Below the pieces are notes generated by a model. It worked only from the letters and a program-made list of their open reading frames with translations. It had not been told where the DNA came from and did not search any database. The translations under genes and the position numbers were made by a program. From Hamiltosporidium tvaerminnensis FI-OER-3-3 (Eukaryota > Fungi > Microsporidia), in contig CM061256.1 in the NCBI GenBank assembly GCA_022605425.2, positions 372,001 to 436,000 of the forward strand: 64,000 bases of DNA. Direction: 5' to 3'. Within the stretch, counting starts at the first letter, position 1. Each line of letters begins with the position of its first letter. Positions 37,540 to 51,420 of this stretch are shown one piece after another.

Positions 37540-38237
37540 TTTATTTCATATGATATTTATCCGTAAAGAGTGGAATCTTTTACATTGTTTTTATGATATT
37601 AACGCATTTCGAGATTATGGTTAGATAACTACTTCCCCGGTGTTCCATCAGAAACCCATATGAATCCTAAATCTTATATACGGATATCTAAAGGGATTAG
37701 AGAACCAGTTTAATAGGCGAGGCAGTTGCCACAAATTTGTTGATATATACCTCGGTATGTAATCATTTTTAAATCGACTTAGGATGTCCTAGAACTAGCA
37801 GTGTTTCCATTACACTGCGCTTCCTGAGCCGATTACCTTCGATTATTATAAATCTCGGCGACTTTAATTGGGTTAAACTAGATATCGCAATGTCATACCG
37901 ACAGGCATTACCTTTGTTTAGTATTCCTGGTTTTTTTGTTGTTTTGTATCTACTAGGCGCCAAGCCTTTTAACACGGGCGAGTAAGGCTAGGATTACATG
38001 CTCCAAATGTAAATTTTCTACAATTTAGCTGTTTTTTCAGATCTGGTTGCATAATTTGTTTCTTTTATATATAATTTCACGGATTTATAAATCTTCATTT
38101 CCTATACAAATTGCCAGTGAGTATCCGAAAAGTTGGTTTGATTTTTGACTAATGGAAATTTAAACAAAGATATTTACATCAATTTCACATATTTATTACC
38201 AAAAGAATGGGTTTTTATCTAGATATGTTTCCAGCCA
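37540..38237 (-). mobile_element. SINE-like element, copy 4 (old, degenerate)
   Basis: Retains TAATAGGCGAGGCAGTTGCC, GCAATGTCATACC, CTAGGCGCCAAG and AAGGCTAGG in the same order and spacing. Ends approximate. Confidence 0.7.
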
Positions 38238-38819
38238 TCATTTATAGTATAGATTTACGATAGATATATAGTGTTCCGTTTTCTAGAATTAAGTGTGCCG
38301 AAATCTGGCAATATAACAGTTCAATTATCTTCAAAGAAAATTGTTGAGGTGAATTTGTTTCCTTGTAAAGATCAATCTCAGAAAGGCTCTATCTCTTCAT
38401 ATTAGAAATTATCACAAACTAATAACTTTGTTTCTATTTTTATAAATTTTTAGGTTTTAATATAATTTACGGATGTAATCGAACATTAAAAATTGTTTAT
38501 CATACATGAAACCCATTTTAGAAGGTTCGAATTAAATATATATTTACAAATCCTAAAATTTTCTTTTAATACAACAAAAATCTTCAATTTCACAGAACTC
38601 ATGGTTTAAAATTTATGTTAACTCACTTTATCGATTAATTCTGAGTTAGAAGTATAACTTTTTTAATTATAAAAACATAACTGATAAGCTTTAATATATC
38701 ACGTTTTGAAGATTTTTTATATGGTATTCCAGTTTTTTTTCTTATATTATAAAATTGCAAATGATATCGTAATCTAAATCGACATAGATTTTTATTTTTA
38801 CAATGAGTTATGAAGCTAG

Positions 38820-39268
38820 TATGTTTTCCCGAAAGGCAGCCAAGTTTGAAGTAAGTCTCTAGCAAGGAGATCGCCTTTCTACTCATCGTTCGTTTATTAT
38901 AATAAAATTGGATATTTCTAGAAATAAGAGAAATGTTTTTATATATTTAATCCATTCCGGTACCTCCTCTTTTTGTTAAAACCTATATATTTTTTATAAA
39001 TTACTAAACTTAAAATATAAAAAAAATTTCAAGATTTTGTGTATAAATAATACCACAAGTGCATTACAATCTAATGGTTTATTTGTTTTCTTTATTATTT
39101 TCTATGGTTTTGTCGTAAGTCTCTGGAAGGCAGCTAAGTTTGAAGTACGTCTCTAACAAGGAGATCGTCTTTTTGCTCCCCGTTCTTTTGTTATTATGAA
39201 AATAATTATTTTTAGAAATAAAAGAATTGTCTTTATTGGTTTTATTCATCTTGGCACACCCTTTTCTA
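38820..39268. repeat. Diverged direct duplication of a ~150-bp unit (offset ~294 bp) with a GC-richer core
   Basis: AAGGCAGCYAAGTTTGAAGTAMGTCTCTARCAAGGAGATCGYCTTT at 38833 and 39127. Confidence 0.8.
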
Positions 39269-39290
39269 AGTTTAAAATATAAAATATAAA

Positions 39291-40013
39291 ACTTTATTTA
39301 AAAATATCACATCTTTTTTAAAATAGTGGCAAGTGTTATATTTGTTTTCATGACATTAACACAGTTCTAGGTTTAACATAAATAACTGCTACCCCAAAAC
39401 TCCATCAGTAACCCCTGCGATACCTACGTCCCAAAGCCTTTCATCTACCAGGTGTGTAGAACCTAATTACTAGGCGAGGCAGTTGCCCGGAGTTCGTTAA
39501 TGTCCGTTGCATGGAGTGTGATCGAAGGCTCCCCGGGCTTCCCCAAGACTATGCAGCATTCCCACTTACTCTACACTTTCGGAACCCAATAAACTTCTAG
39601 CTAAGATATATTTCAGAGACTTACATGGGGTCCACCTAGACAGTGCAATGTCATACCAACAGGTATAACCTGCTACTTAGCTCTCCCGGCTTTAAATGGT
39701 TTTTTGTTTTATATCTCCCAGGCGCTAAGTCTTCTAACCCGAGTGAGCAAGGCTATGTTTCCATGCTTTTACATGGCAATTACCTACATGTTCAGCTGCG
39801 GTCTGCAATCTGGTTACATAAAAAACTACAAATAAATTTGTAGAAAAAGTTTCTCCATTTCTTAGACCTCTTCTCCTCATAACAACTCCCATGGAACAAC
39901 CGAAGATGTAGTGTAGTTTTATTCCCACCAAAAATCCAAACAATGACCTCACACCAGTTTCACACACTCATTGCCAATCAGAAAGTTTTTTATGTAGTTA
40001 TCCTCCCTCCACC
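39291..40013 (-). mobile_element. SINE-like element, copy 5
   Basis: Near-identical to copies 2 and 7 except for a small deletion removing the UUCG hairpin (~39530). No clear TSD. Confidence 0.9.
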
Positions 40014-42224
40014 TTATTTGATCAAATATAATATATTTTAAATATTTTAATTAATTTTTAAGATGTAGAATCTAGAATCGATTTCTTCGGTACTATTTTC
40101 TAAATTTACACAATTATTCTCGCATTTCTAATTAAATTATCATTTTTAATATTTTGATGAGCTGAAATACGGTTGCTCTCTTTTTTAGAAAGAAAATTGT
40201 TAGGTAGAATTGTTTTAAATTTTATTTACATTTGATATTTCTATCAAATTGTCTCTTTTGTAGAAGAAAATTTTTTTATGATTTTTAATTTAAAACAATA
40301 TTGCCTTAGTCGTGTTTTTTTCGAGAAAATATTCCGAATATTCTTGCTATAATTTTTAAACTTGTTTTCTAAATCAATAAATCTCCATACTTTAAAAGAT
40401 TATAAAGTGTGTAATAAAAAAACTTCTGATTTCTTTAGATGTAGCTAAGAAAGTTGCTGGAATGTCATTAAGAAATGCATTTTTTTTATAATTAAAAAAA
40501 TTACTTGTATAACAACGAATAAAGCTTAGATAGAACAGAATCCGGAAATAAACTGCTGTATTTTTGCCTTTAAAGACGACCTAAGGTCTTGTTTCTTACA
40601 TTTTTGGAAGAATGTGTTGAATTTCGACTTAAAAAGACAACCTTAAAAATAATTAATGGTAATATGGATATCTAGCCTCAATAATAAACGTATTACTGGT
40701 CAAATATATTATATTAGAGATTTTTATTAGATCAAATTTAAAACGCTTAAATAAAAAATTTATGTGACGAAATAAACAATCAAAAATTACATTCAAAGAT
40801 AAATAAAGGCAAATGCCATTAACCAGCGTTATATTAAGGCTATCTGAAATACGACAGGACATTGAAAATTAGATATGAGATAAAGCAGTATTTTAATATA
40901 TCTAAAACAGAAATGTGTCATACAAATCAGAAAAAACATCTCAATAAAATAATAAATCAAGTAATGTCATAAAATTTTGACATCCAAGTTTGAAAAAAAT
41001 ACATCCATATGTACAGAAGGTGGAACGAAGAGCTCTCTGTGTTTATTTCATTCCAAAAAATGAATAAAATTTAATTTTTGCAAAACGAATAAGTTCACAC
41101 AGTGCCTGGCTTTTCAAAAAAAAGTATGCGGAAAAAACGAAACTAATAAAAAACAGATTTAAAAAGCCAGGATACTAAATCATATATATTTGGATTGTTA
41201 AGTTAATTCTAGAAAGATACCTTTTTGTTATTTTGAATTTTACTAATTTATTTCAAACATTAAAAACAAAGAAATTAAAATTTTTATTTTTCTTCTATAA
41301 ATTTTGAGGTAGAACTCTTGTTTAATCAAATCTCGGGATGATATGATTGCAAAATATTATGAGAAAAAACTTACGAAGTGAAATATTAATAACTATATAG
41401 GCTTGATAGAGTTGATGGTCGCTTAAAATCTTGCATATCATTTCTTCTAATTTAGAACAGCAAATATAAACATATAACTAACTTCTTTGATATTACTAAA
41501 TGTAGATTCGAAGCAGGCAAAAGATAGAAAAACATACTAAGTTTTGCTCTCTCTTTCATAAAATATTTGGCCAAAAAAAGATTCCAAATAATAAATAAAT
41601 ACAGAATCTAAAAATTCCAATGATATATTTAAAGTCAGAAGTTACTAATGAAAAGTCAAGTTTCGTGCCAAATATAGAATAAATTGATATAGTGATTTAT
41701 AAAGCGTATAGAAAAGAGACTAATAAGTATTTTTAGCATTTTAATAATATTGATATAAAATTTCCCCTTGAAAATAAGCTTATTCATAATAGAACATATA
41801 TATACTCTTTTCTTATTTTACAGAAACGGTTATTAAATATGAAAACCAATGTTATAATACTCATTTATAAATTATATTTCTTGAGTTTAAAAGTGATTTA
41901 TTGGAGAGAAAGATTCGATTTAGCATACAAACACCAATGTAAAAGGATTGTTTTATTTGGTTTACAAAACTACTTTTATTATTTAAAATTCTATGTTTTA
42001 TTAGCATTATTTTTTTGCTTTTCATAAATTCTTTAACTACTTCAAATAAGTATTCCCTTGTTAAAAGATTGTATAAAATTAAACTTCGAATTCGCTATTT
42101 AAATTTTTGTATTTAAACATAAATTATTAGATAAAAAACAAAAAAAAATTAATTATAAAATGTTTTTATTATTTTTGATTCTTTTGTAATTTAATTTAAA
42201 AATAAATGACAAAAAATTTATAAT

Positions 42225-43124
42225 TTATTCGTCTAAAAAAGAAACACCGTCATAAATACCATCGACGATGTTGAACGCAAGTATTTCAGATGTTGACATG
42301 TATGTTATATCCCCTCGATTTCGAGCAGCTTGTATTTTTTTTGATGCGTTAACATTCGAACTGTTCAAATCGTGTACAGTAAGAAGCGGCACTGTTGATA
42401 TTTTTTCGTTTGGCCTGCTACTAATTTTTTTTTCTTTATCTGCGATTTCATTATTATTTATTGTGATTTCTTCGATTTTTACAGTTTTCTGTATCTGTTT
42501 TTGATTTTTCAATATCGAGTTGTAATTTTTTTTAGGAATATGATTTTCTTCATTATGAATATGAGAGTTTTCCTTTTCGACACAGGTTTTAGGCTTTAAA
42601 ATGCCCCTAGTCTCAACATCCTGAATTATGCTTGGTCTTTCTAATTCTGCAACCATATCAACAGATTCTAAATTGAGTGGAAATCCAAGATATGTACATA
42701 TGTCTTTAAAACATATATTTCTTTGGATTTGGAATACAAAATTTTCAATAAATATATGTATTTTATATGTTATCATAGCAAATATTTTATAATATCTTTG
42801 CCAAAGCGAATAACTAATGGATCTGTTTCTACATTCGAGACCTCCCAGAACAAAAATAGGCAGCAAATATTTTTTATACAAAAACAGGATGATAACTTTA
42901 ATTATTTCCTTGGTTTGTAATATAAAAAAACAATGTATTCGGACGGCAAATATTATTACTTTTACAACTGGATTTAAAATATAACAGAGAAAAATGTCTA
43001 TAAATTTCATAATTTTCGTAATCAAATTGTATTCAATGCCGATATTTGTCAAGTATAAAATTGATTTTAAAACTTCAGATGGAATAGTAAAAAAAATCAA
43101 GATTATTATATTGTCGATGCGCAT
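42225..43124 (-). CDS. Hypothetical membrane protein, 299 aa (paralogue of 47241-48113)
   Basis: Long ORF, hydrophobic N-terminal half, shared motifs with its paralogue. Confidence 0.75.
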   Translation of the reverse strand: MRIDNIIILIFFTIPSEVLKSILYLTNIGIEYNLITKIMKFIDIFLCYILNPVVKVIIFAVRIHCFFILQTKEIIKVIILFLYKKYLLPIFVLGGLECRNRSISYSLWQRYYKIFAMITYKIHIFIENFVFQIQRNICFKDICTYLGFPLNLESVDMVAELERPSIIQDVETRGILKPKTCVEKENSHIHNEENHIPKKNYNSILKNQKQIQKTVKIEEITINNNEIADKEKKISSRPNEKISTVPLLTVHDLNSSNVNASKKIQAARNRGDITYMSTSEILAFNIVDGIYDGVSFLDE

Positions 43125-43789
43125 TTTTGTTACTACTATTATTTCCGTCTATTATATTTTTCTGAAAATAGAGAACAAATTAGATTTGAACATATTCCCC
43201 TTATCTTTGATATCAAATAAATTGGTAAATTTTCTCAAAATTCTGAAAATAATTTATCATAAAAACAAACCAATAAAATTTTTTGTGTATTAATCTATTT
43301 TCGAAAAATATGAAACTTAATATGCCAAAAATTCATAATTAGTACCTAGATTATTTTTGAAACAACCGAAATTAATCTTTAGGATATAATGATATTTGAT
43401 CTAAAATTTTAAATATCGTTTTACACCAAGAGTCACAAAACTTTTTATTCAGTAAGCTTTATTTACTTCTATAAAAAGTCTAGAAGGTCATGAACCCATT
43501 AGCCTTTAAACCAACATATTGAAAGTACTTTTTTTATGTTTATTTCAAACCTATTCTACATCCATAAAAGAAATTTCACATAAAGCTCTAAAAAGATTTA
43601 TTGATTTCGATTTATAAAAAAATTCATTTATTCACTCCAATTCCTTTTTAAGCCATTTTATCATCATTTAATATTTTTCTTTTATTCTTATATTTTTTTT
43701 ACTTTAAGAAATGCAAGGAAGAAGAAAACAAAAAAACAATCATTAAGAAGTTAAAATGAAAAATAATGGAAAAAATTACTTTAAAAAAA

Positions 43790-45130
43790 CAAACTGTAGA
43801 TGTTCAGAAGCGGAATTTAATCATTCGTGTTTTTGTGAAGATGAGATAATTCATTTTCATGATACTTCTTAATTCGATTTTTGCAAATAATTTTCTGCTT
43901 GTCGTCACATTGTATAAAAATTTATCGCTGCTACTTCTAAGAACAACTTTTTAGAATCTATCCTCATATAAGTCAATAATTTTGCTTTTTTTAGTCTTTT
44001 GATTGTTATCGAAATCTCTCTTTAGTAGAACCACATCACCAGGAGTAAATTTTAAGCAAGAGAAGTGTACATACGCATCATTTTTGATCCAGATACATAT
44101 AAGTCTCAATATTTTAGCGAGATCATTCGAATAATATCTATTTTATTATATATTTTATCCTCATATATACTTTATCTTCATAACGAGACTTTTTATGTTT
44201 AGATCTGTATTTTCAAGATATTTCTTCAATTCATAGCTTGAAAAATATTTTTTATGAATTGCATCTTCCTCGTAATAAGATTTTTTGCCTATAAGACCTA
44301 TAAATGACTGCCATTGGGGTCATGTTTATTGCCCTGCTCTAATCTGATTGTAGCTATGTACAAATTTCTTACTTAAATCGATCCATCTTTTTCGGCTAGA
44401 TGTTCTTAAATTTATACAGGTTTGCATATAATTGTCTAGTTGTATTTCTCTTTTTCCCTTGATAATGTATGTACCTTGCACTTCCAGTTATAAATGGAAT
44501 GTTGTGATCAACATATATTTTTTTTGAAAAATTTCTTTTCGTTTTTGTTTGTAGAATATTAGGCGCACTTCTGAAAAAATAAGATTTCTCAGCGTATTTG
44601 CAACACCAGCTCCTGCCTTTTTTTGCAATGGTGCCCCAAATAAAAATTTAGAGTGTGCATCTAAAGTGTGTAAGATCTATCCAACTCCATCATTATCCAT
44701 TGAATATTTACGCATATCAACAAGATCCATATGAATTCTTTCTCATAGATAATTTAGAGGTATCGTTTAAATTGCATCATTTCGCTTCAAAGGTGGATAA
44801 TACTAGCAATCTTGGCATGTTTTAACGAATAGTTCTATTTTATCTCGCTTAAACCAGCAGTATTTTCTTATGATTTCTTGATGCATTCGTTTAATATTAA
44901 TGTAGCCAGGAAAATTTATAGAAGCAAAAAATTGGTTTATGCTTCTTTATCATCATCTGCTATAACTTCTTTAATGAAAGTTAATATCCGTTTTAATTAT
45001 CTTACCATTTTCGATCTATATATCGCCTTCTCGTTTTATAAAGCATCGTTTCTGATTGCAATTCATATTGTACGGTAAATTTCTTGAAAATATGAATTTT
45101 TAAAGCCTTCTAATTTCATATTTGTCGCAA
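43790..45130 (-). mobile_element. Decayed rve-integrase element (Ginger/KRBA2-SCAND3-like)
   Basis: Hand-translated minus-strand CQDC, ERIHMDLVDMRKYSMDNDGVG*ILHTLDAHSKFLFGAPLQKK and PNILQT motifs; many stops; no RT or LTR seen. Ends approximate. Confidence 0.65.
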
Positions 45131-47240
45131 TTCATGTTATTTTTAAAAAATTTTTATCGGTTAAAAATATAATATATTTTTTAAATCCAAAACATGAATA
45201 TGAACGAAAAAATGTAACTCTAATAAGTAGAAAGTTTGCAGGAAAAAATTAATTCAATTAAATTTATTTTTTTTACTTGAAATTTGATTTTGGTATAGAT
45301 AATGATTTTGGAATAACCTCGATATTTATTATTAATATTTATGCTGAAATCTAAAACGTTCATACATATGTTCAATTAAATTATAATGTAATCTTTACAA
45401 CATTTTCAAATAAAAATATCAAAATTAAATACCAAATTTTTATAAGAGTTTTTCAGCCAAGCAACGCCATCACGTTCATAATTTGCTCAAAGGTTTGTTT
45501 CCGCTTTTGGCTTTGCCTACTGCATGAAAAAACAACTTCCAAAATGGAATGCACAAAAAAAACAGATCCAAATTTTACAGATAAGCCACCGAAGAAGTTT
45601 ATGATAAATTTTATTCCTCAATTAGACTTACGTTTTTAAAGAATTATTGATAAGATTATTTGATTAAATCAATCTAATTAATAAGAAATATGATAGAGGT
45701 TTGAAAAAATCTTGAAAATCAAATATCTTTATTGTATTTCAAATTCATAATAAAAATTATTCACGCTGTGAACTTTTTTGTATATTTATTTAAATTTTTT
45801 TATTTTATTTTCCTTTTTAAAACATCTACTGTACAAAAAAATTCATGACGGTTCGATTTGGCTCACAGTCCATAGTTTTGTAATGCCGAATCCAAATCTA
45901 GATCGTAATATACTGAATGTATATATATTATTTAACAAAAAATTTAAATTAGTAAATAATGTTCGAATCAGAACAAATTATTAAAACTTTTAAATTAGTA
46001 AATATTATCAATATTTTATCCAAAATTATGAATTTAGTCTTTTGGGTTATAAATATACTGTCTGAATAGATTATCTAAATATAAATTTAGATATCTTATA
46101 AATTTAGAACGAATATTTTTTTTGTTTTAATTATTCTGGAATCGACCAGACAAATTTATAAGCATAGGGAAAATTAAATAATATTCCTTGTTTTAGTTAT
46201 GAATAATTGTGTTTAACAATCGTTAGCTCGTCATATCTAATATTGAAAGGACGTCTAATTTTTTTTCTATTAAACAATTTCCATAATTCAAGCAAAATGA
46301 AAGAAATCACAGTTTAGACCATCGCATTATAAAAATTTATCTCTTTTAGGAATACATGTCATACATTTATAGTAAGATTTGTATTTCAGAACAAAAAATG
46401 TGTATTAAAATTCAAAATTCAAGGAAATGCTATTATTCTAAATAATTTGAAATAAATTTTGGTTTCAAATTTTATATGTGAAAAATCTAAAAGGTATTTT
46501 TTAGGAAATTTCAATGATAAAGTTTTTTATTTTCCTCCATCAATTGATAATGTGATCGTGATTTGTATTGTTCTAGAATATTGTTCCAAGCAAAATGTTA
46601 TGTAGATTTAAATAATTAAATATCCTAGATAAAAGCCTAATAAGCAAAACCCATTCCTTAATATCCTATCCGAATGCAGCCTTAAACCGCAAAAAAATCA
46701 AAAGCTGTGCTTGAGTAAATAAATGTTTAAAATTTATATTCCTCATATATCATTGCAAAATAAAGTATTAAAATTCAAATTACTATTGTCTAGCTTTATG
46801 AGAACATGTAAACAAAATTTAATGTTCCTTTTTGAAATTTAAAGTCTACGAAAAGATGATTTGACTTTTCAGAGACAAAAATGTTATATGATACATTTTG
46901 GTAATACATAAATAGAATTAATAAAAAAACATAATATTGAGATGATGCAATATGTTGTCACGTGAATTTAAACTATAAATTTTTTATAGATAATTTAAAT
47001 TAATGACGTAAGATCTAGTATGCACCAATTTTAATAAATTTCATTTTTTATGACAAATTTTGTATGGTTTTGATTGAAATTTCATAATTTTTGATTGATT
47101 TATCAGTAAAGTATAAATAATCCTTGATTTTTTTTGTTTAAGTTTATCTATTTGATACATATTTAGAGATAAGACATAATTGTTTCATTGCAATTTGTTT
47201 ATATTTTTGTCTATAAATAAAAAAACACAATAACAAAACA

Positions 47241-48113
47241 ATGAATATTTCTAGCACATGGTTGAGGAAAAACCTGATTTTGCTCATTAGCACAATTATT
47301 CTTGTAGCATTTAAAATGATTGTCTATGTTTTAAAAATGGCTATTGTGTATGGTGTCATATCAAAGGTGATAAAGATAGTCAAATTCATTTTAGAAAAAT
47401 CATGGACGAGAACTATTAAGTCTATATTTTATCTTATTCACTTGTATTATAAAATTACATGTAAACTTGCACAATTTTTAAAAAAAATCATTGTGATGAT
47501 ATATAATTCGTGTTTGCTTCCTATATGTGTATATGGCGGCATAGAATACAAAAGAATACCCACCGGCTATTCAAAATGGCAAAAGAGCTATAGATTATTT
47601 GCTATATCATTGTATGGTATACATATATTTTCTGAAAAGACTATTACTACATTAAGAAAAAATATATGTTTTAAAGATATTGGAGCCTTTTTTGGATTTA
47701 CGGAGATTGGTCACGATAATATGGAAGCTGGAATAAATGAACTGGAGGCACAAGATACCAACAATCAACCGAAAATTATTCTTCCAAACAAAACAGATAA
47801 AAAATCTGCTAAAAATAATACTTCAGCCACAAAAAACAAGATCCAAAGTAAAAAAACTGTTAAAATTAACAAGCCATATGTAATAAATCACAATATCCCA
47901 ACAGACAATGAAATATCATGTAATGGCTTAAAAAGAAAAAATCCAAAAATTGACCCTTATGATACCATCGTAGTAGAAACTTTGGATGAAAGTATACTTA
48001 AAAAGGTGCAGCAATCGCATGATCAAGGTGATATCACATCATTATCTACTTCGGAGATACTTGGATTTCATATTGCTGATGGAATTTATGATGGCATTTC
48101 ATTTTTAGATTAG
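47241..48113 (+). CDS. Hypothetical membrane protein, 290 aa (paralogue of 42225-43124)
   Basis: Shared LLPIxVxGGxE, YSxWQxxY, NICFKDI and terminal GDITxxSTSEILxFxIxDGIYDGxSFLD motifs. Confidence 0.75.
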   Translation: MNISSTWLRKNLILLISTIILVAFKMIVYVLKMAIVYGVISKVIKIVKFILEKSWTRTIKSIFYLIHLYYKITCKLAQFLKKIIVMIYNSCLLPICVYGGIEYKRIPTGYSKWQKSYRLFAISLYGIHIFSEKTITTLRKNICFKDIGAFFGFTEIGHDNMEAGINELEAQDTNNQPKIILPNKTDKKSAKNNTSATKNKIQSKKTVKINKPYVINHNIPTDNEISCNGLKRKNPKIDPYDTIVVETLDESILKKVQQSHDQGDITSLSTSEILGFHIADGIYDGISFLD

Positions 48114-48950
48114 AAAAATTTACAAATAAATTCATAGAATATATCATTTCCAATTTAATTTTAATTATAATTTTAAAGACCTAAAAAACTTTAATTTAAT
48201 ATATCAAATATTTTTATAAATCATATACTTTTTCCTGTGGCATATATAACATTGGGTTTACGCTGCACACAAATGGAATAGTATACATTTTTTTCAAAGA
48301 ATTCAAAACATAATTCGGCCTAAAAAATTTGAATATTTAGAAATTACTGATTAAATAGTATTTTTGAATACGTTAGCCTGAAACACGTAGATCCTGGTAT
48401 TTACGCGTATATTAAAACATTTTTGTACGTCTGGGTTTTTATCAATAAATTTCGACAAAAAATCTTGATTTTCATGGCATTTTTATAGTCGTTGAGCTTC
48501 TCGACTCAACTAATGTTTAATATAGGTTCATTAGAAAATCTTTCGAATTCAGAATAAATAATACAAAGTTTTAGTTAAAAAAATCAAGGCAGTTTATCTA
48601 ATCTTGAAATCTAATTTTTACAATTAACTCATGATAAGCAGCTTTCAAATTTGATGGAATAAGCATATTTTGTTGTGTACAATAACGAAAAATTACATGT
48701 CTATATAAGAAAGAAATATGTAGAAATAAAAATTTACTTTATAAGTAGTTAAATTTAATTGATAATCCGAAAAAAATATGTGGAAATTATTTGTATCAAT
48801 GCTTAAAACAGATTATTTAATCTTTTAAGCAAACAAATTCGATTATTTAATTGTTAAAAACAAATCATGACAGAAGAAAATTTAATAAGGATAAATATAG
48901 CACAAAAAGAGATATGTTAAAACCACTGCCTACCTATATTTTAATTATAA

Positions 48951-49654
48951 ACTCTTTTAAAAAACATCACATCTTCTTAAAGCAGTTGCAAATGTTATAT
49001 TCTTCATGAAATTAACAAAGTTCAAGGTTTAAAATAGATAAATGAATCTCAACACACTGTCAGTGATTTTTCGATACATACATCGCAATGTTTTTATCGA
49101 AAGATTATAAAGCTTTTTTAATGAGTGAAGAAGTTGCTTTAGGTTCTTTAATGATCTTTGCTTAGTGAGTGATTTCGGGTAGAATCCAAGTTTGGGATAA
49201 CAATGTCATCAACATTTCGGCCTACTCTAAGCTTTCGGGCCGAAAGACTTCCGTTAAAACATTTCTCATTGAGCCATACAGAGTCAATCGTGTATTGTAA
49301 TTTAATATCAACAAGCGTAACACGTTAATTTGAATTCCTGGATTTTTAAAAGTAGATTTTCCATATCACACGGGCGCCAAGTCTTCTAATTCGCGTATGC
49401 AAGGTAAATTTTACATACTCTACATAGTATTTTCCACAAGTTCAATCATAAGTTTCGATCTAGTTATATTAAAAAGTAAAATCTAAGCTTTATAAATATT
49501 TCGCTATTTTGAGATATGTGCTTTACACAAATTACCAGGTAACACTAAAAATTAGATGTGGATCTCATTCCAACGAAAATTTAAACAATAATTTTCCCAC
49601 AAATGTCATTAAACCATTACAAAGTAAAAAATTTCAGATGTGTTTTCTTTCCAC
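48951..49654 (-). mobile_element. SINE-like element, copy 6 (old, degenerate)
   Basis: ATCACATCTT..GCAAATGTTATAT start, GGCGCCAAGTCTTCTAA, TATGCAAGG and ATTCCAACGAAAATTTAAACAA in the expected order. Confidence 0.65.
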
Positions 49655-51232
49655 AATAGATTAATATTTCGATATATTAAATCGAATTAAATTAGAATTT
49701 GAACAGAGAGTTTTTTTAGTATTTTTAGAATCCTAGATTTCTTATAACTGATCTCAATTCCTGGTTGTTTATATATTTTGTAATAGGAGAAAAAACCAAC
49801 GTTGCATTCTCTTTGAACTTTTAGATACCTTTTACTTTGGGCTGATTTTTCCAAACAGAGATCGTTTTATATTTTACTTAAGGTGAATTCTGTTTTAATG
49901 AGCATCAACTTATAAAAGTAATTGATATCCACGCAAAAATTTGTTGTGAGTCGTCTTTTGAGAATCTGATCCATGACACGATGAAGATCCGAACAATAGA
50001 TTTATTCTTTCGTAGCCTATTACTCATATTAGCAATTTTCGCGATAGAAAAAATAGATACCATCAATTCCACAGCTTTTCAAAATTGAAGCCAAATAATA
50101 TAATTTTAAAACTCATCAATTATAAGAACATGAAGTGAAATGTATTTTTAACAAAGAATAGTAGATGTTATTTTAATTTGGGCGATTCATTTTTTTTGTT
50201 TCAAATCGTAGAAAAGAACCAACTTTCATAAAAATTTGCTATATTTTGAAATAAAATATCCTAAAATTTTATTATAATTTCGAGCTTAAATAACTCAAAC
50301 ATACAATTACTTCAAAGTAACAACTTTATATTTCCATAAAATCCGATTTTCTGCAACCAAAACATCCATTGACTTATTTTCTTAACTAAAGCATCTGAAA
50401 AATCATTTTTTTTTGGATTTTAAATATTCATCTGTATAATATTCTTAAACATCTTTTTTTTTCGAATATTCCATATTATTTTTGTCTACGAGTTAGTTAT
50501 AGAAATTTTAGGAAAGTATAAAAAATATTTCATTTTCCATGTTTTTCTCTCATCATAAACCTATGTATCTCTTTACCAGTTGCCGGTTTATGACAAATAT
50601 GGTGAGACTTGGATAGTATAAGCACTATTTTAAATCAATCCAGACAATCAAGATTAGTATATTACATAACAAATATTTAACAAAGGGCCATTTGTTTCAC
50701 TTTTTGTATTCAATTTGTTCTAAAGATTTGATATTCAGTTTTAATTTATTTTGAACATAAAAATGATGGGTATAATTTAAATTTCATATAACCATATCAA
50801 TGTCAAAAATTTCAAAGAATATGTTTACTGATATTTATTCTAAATATATTCCTAAATTTGTGATATTTCTACATATAAAGTAACTTTTAAAAAATTCTTT
50901 CAAATTATTATCTTCTTTTTTTAAAAACTAACTGAAGACATTATTTCATTTAATTTTTCTACAATTTTTTTCTGCAGTTTTAAAATATTAAGAACTTCAC
51001 GATAGCATCATTGTATAAAAACAAACATATTTGTTTTTAATTTAAAATTTGAAAAAATGTTCCTCTTAAATTAAAAATTTAATTAAATCTTTTATTATTC
51101 ATTTTAATTTATCAAAAATACTAATTTTCAGACATTTACTTTCTAATTTCAATTTATTTTAAAATTTATATCTTTGAATATTAAATTAAAAATTTTTTGG
51201 GTAGTTCCTATCTAAATTTACTTTTTTCGAAT

Positions 51233-51366
51233 AATTTCCTAATTTATTATTTAATTTATCAAAGTGTTTTACCGCCAAACCGTTTTTAATTTCATTTCCT
51301 AATTTATTATTTAATTTATTAAAGTGATTTTACCGCCAAACCGTTTTGAATTTCATTTCCTAATTT
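51233..51366 (+). repeat. ~61-bp tandem repeat (two and a bit units), possible LINE 5' region
   Basis: ATTTCCTAATTTATTATTTAATTTATYAAAGTG(A)TTTTACCGCCAAACCGTTTT repeated twice. Confidence 0.75.
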
Positions 51367-51420
51367 CCATAATTTTTTAATTTCCTAATATTATAATTTA
51401 CTATTTATTTTTTAATTTAT

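Noticed and set aside
40550-41120. Possible very old RT remnant (AFKDDL, YGYLA-like words)
   Set aside because: Too degenerate to support without a profile search.
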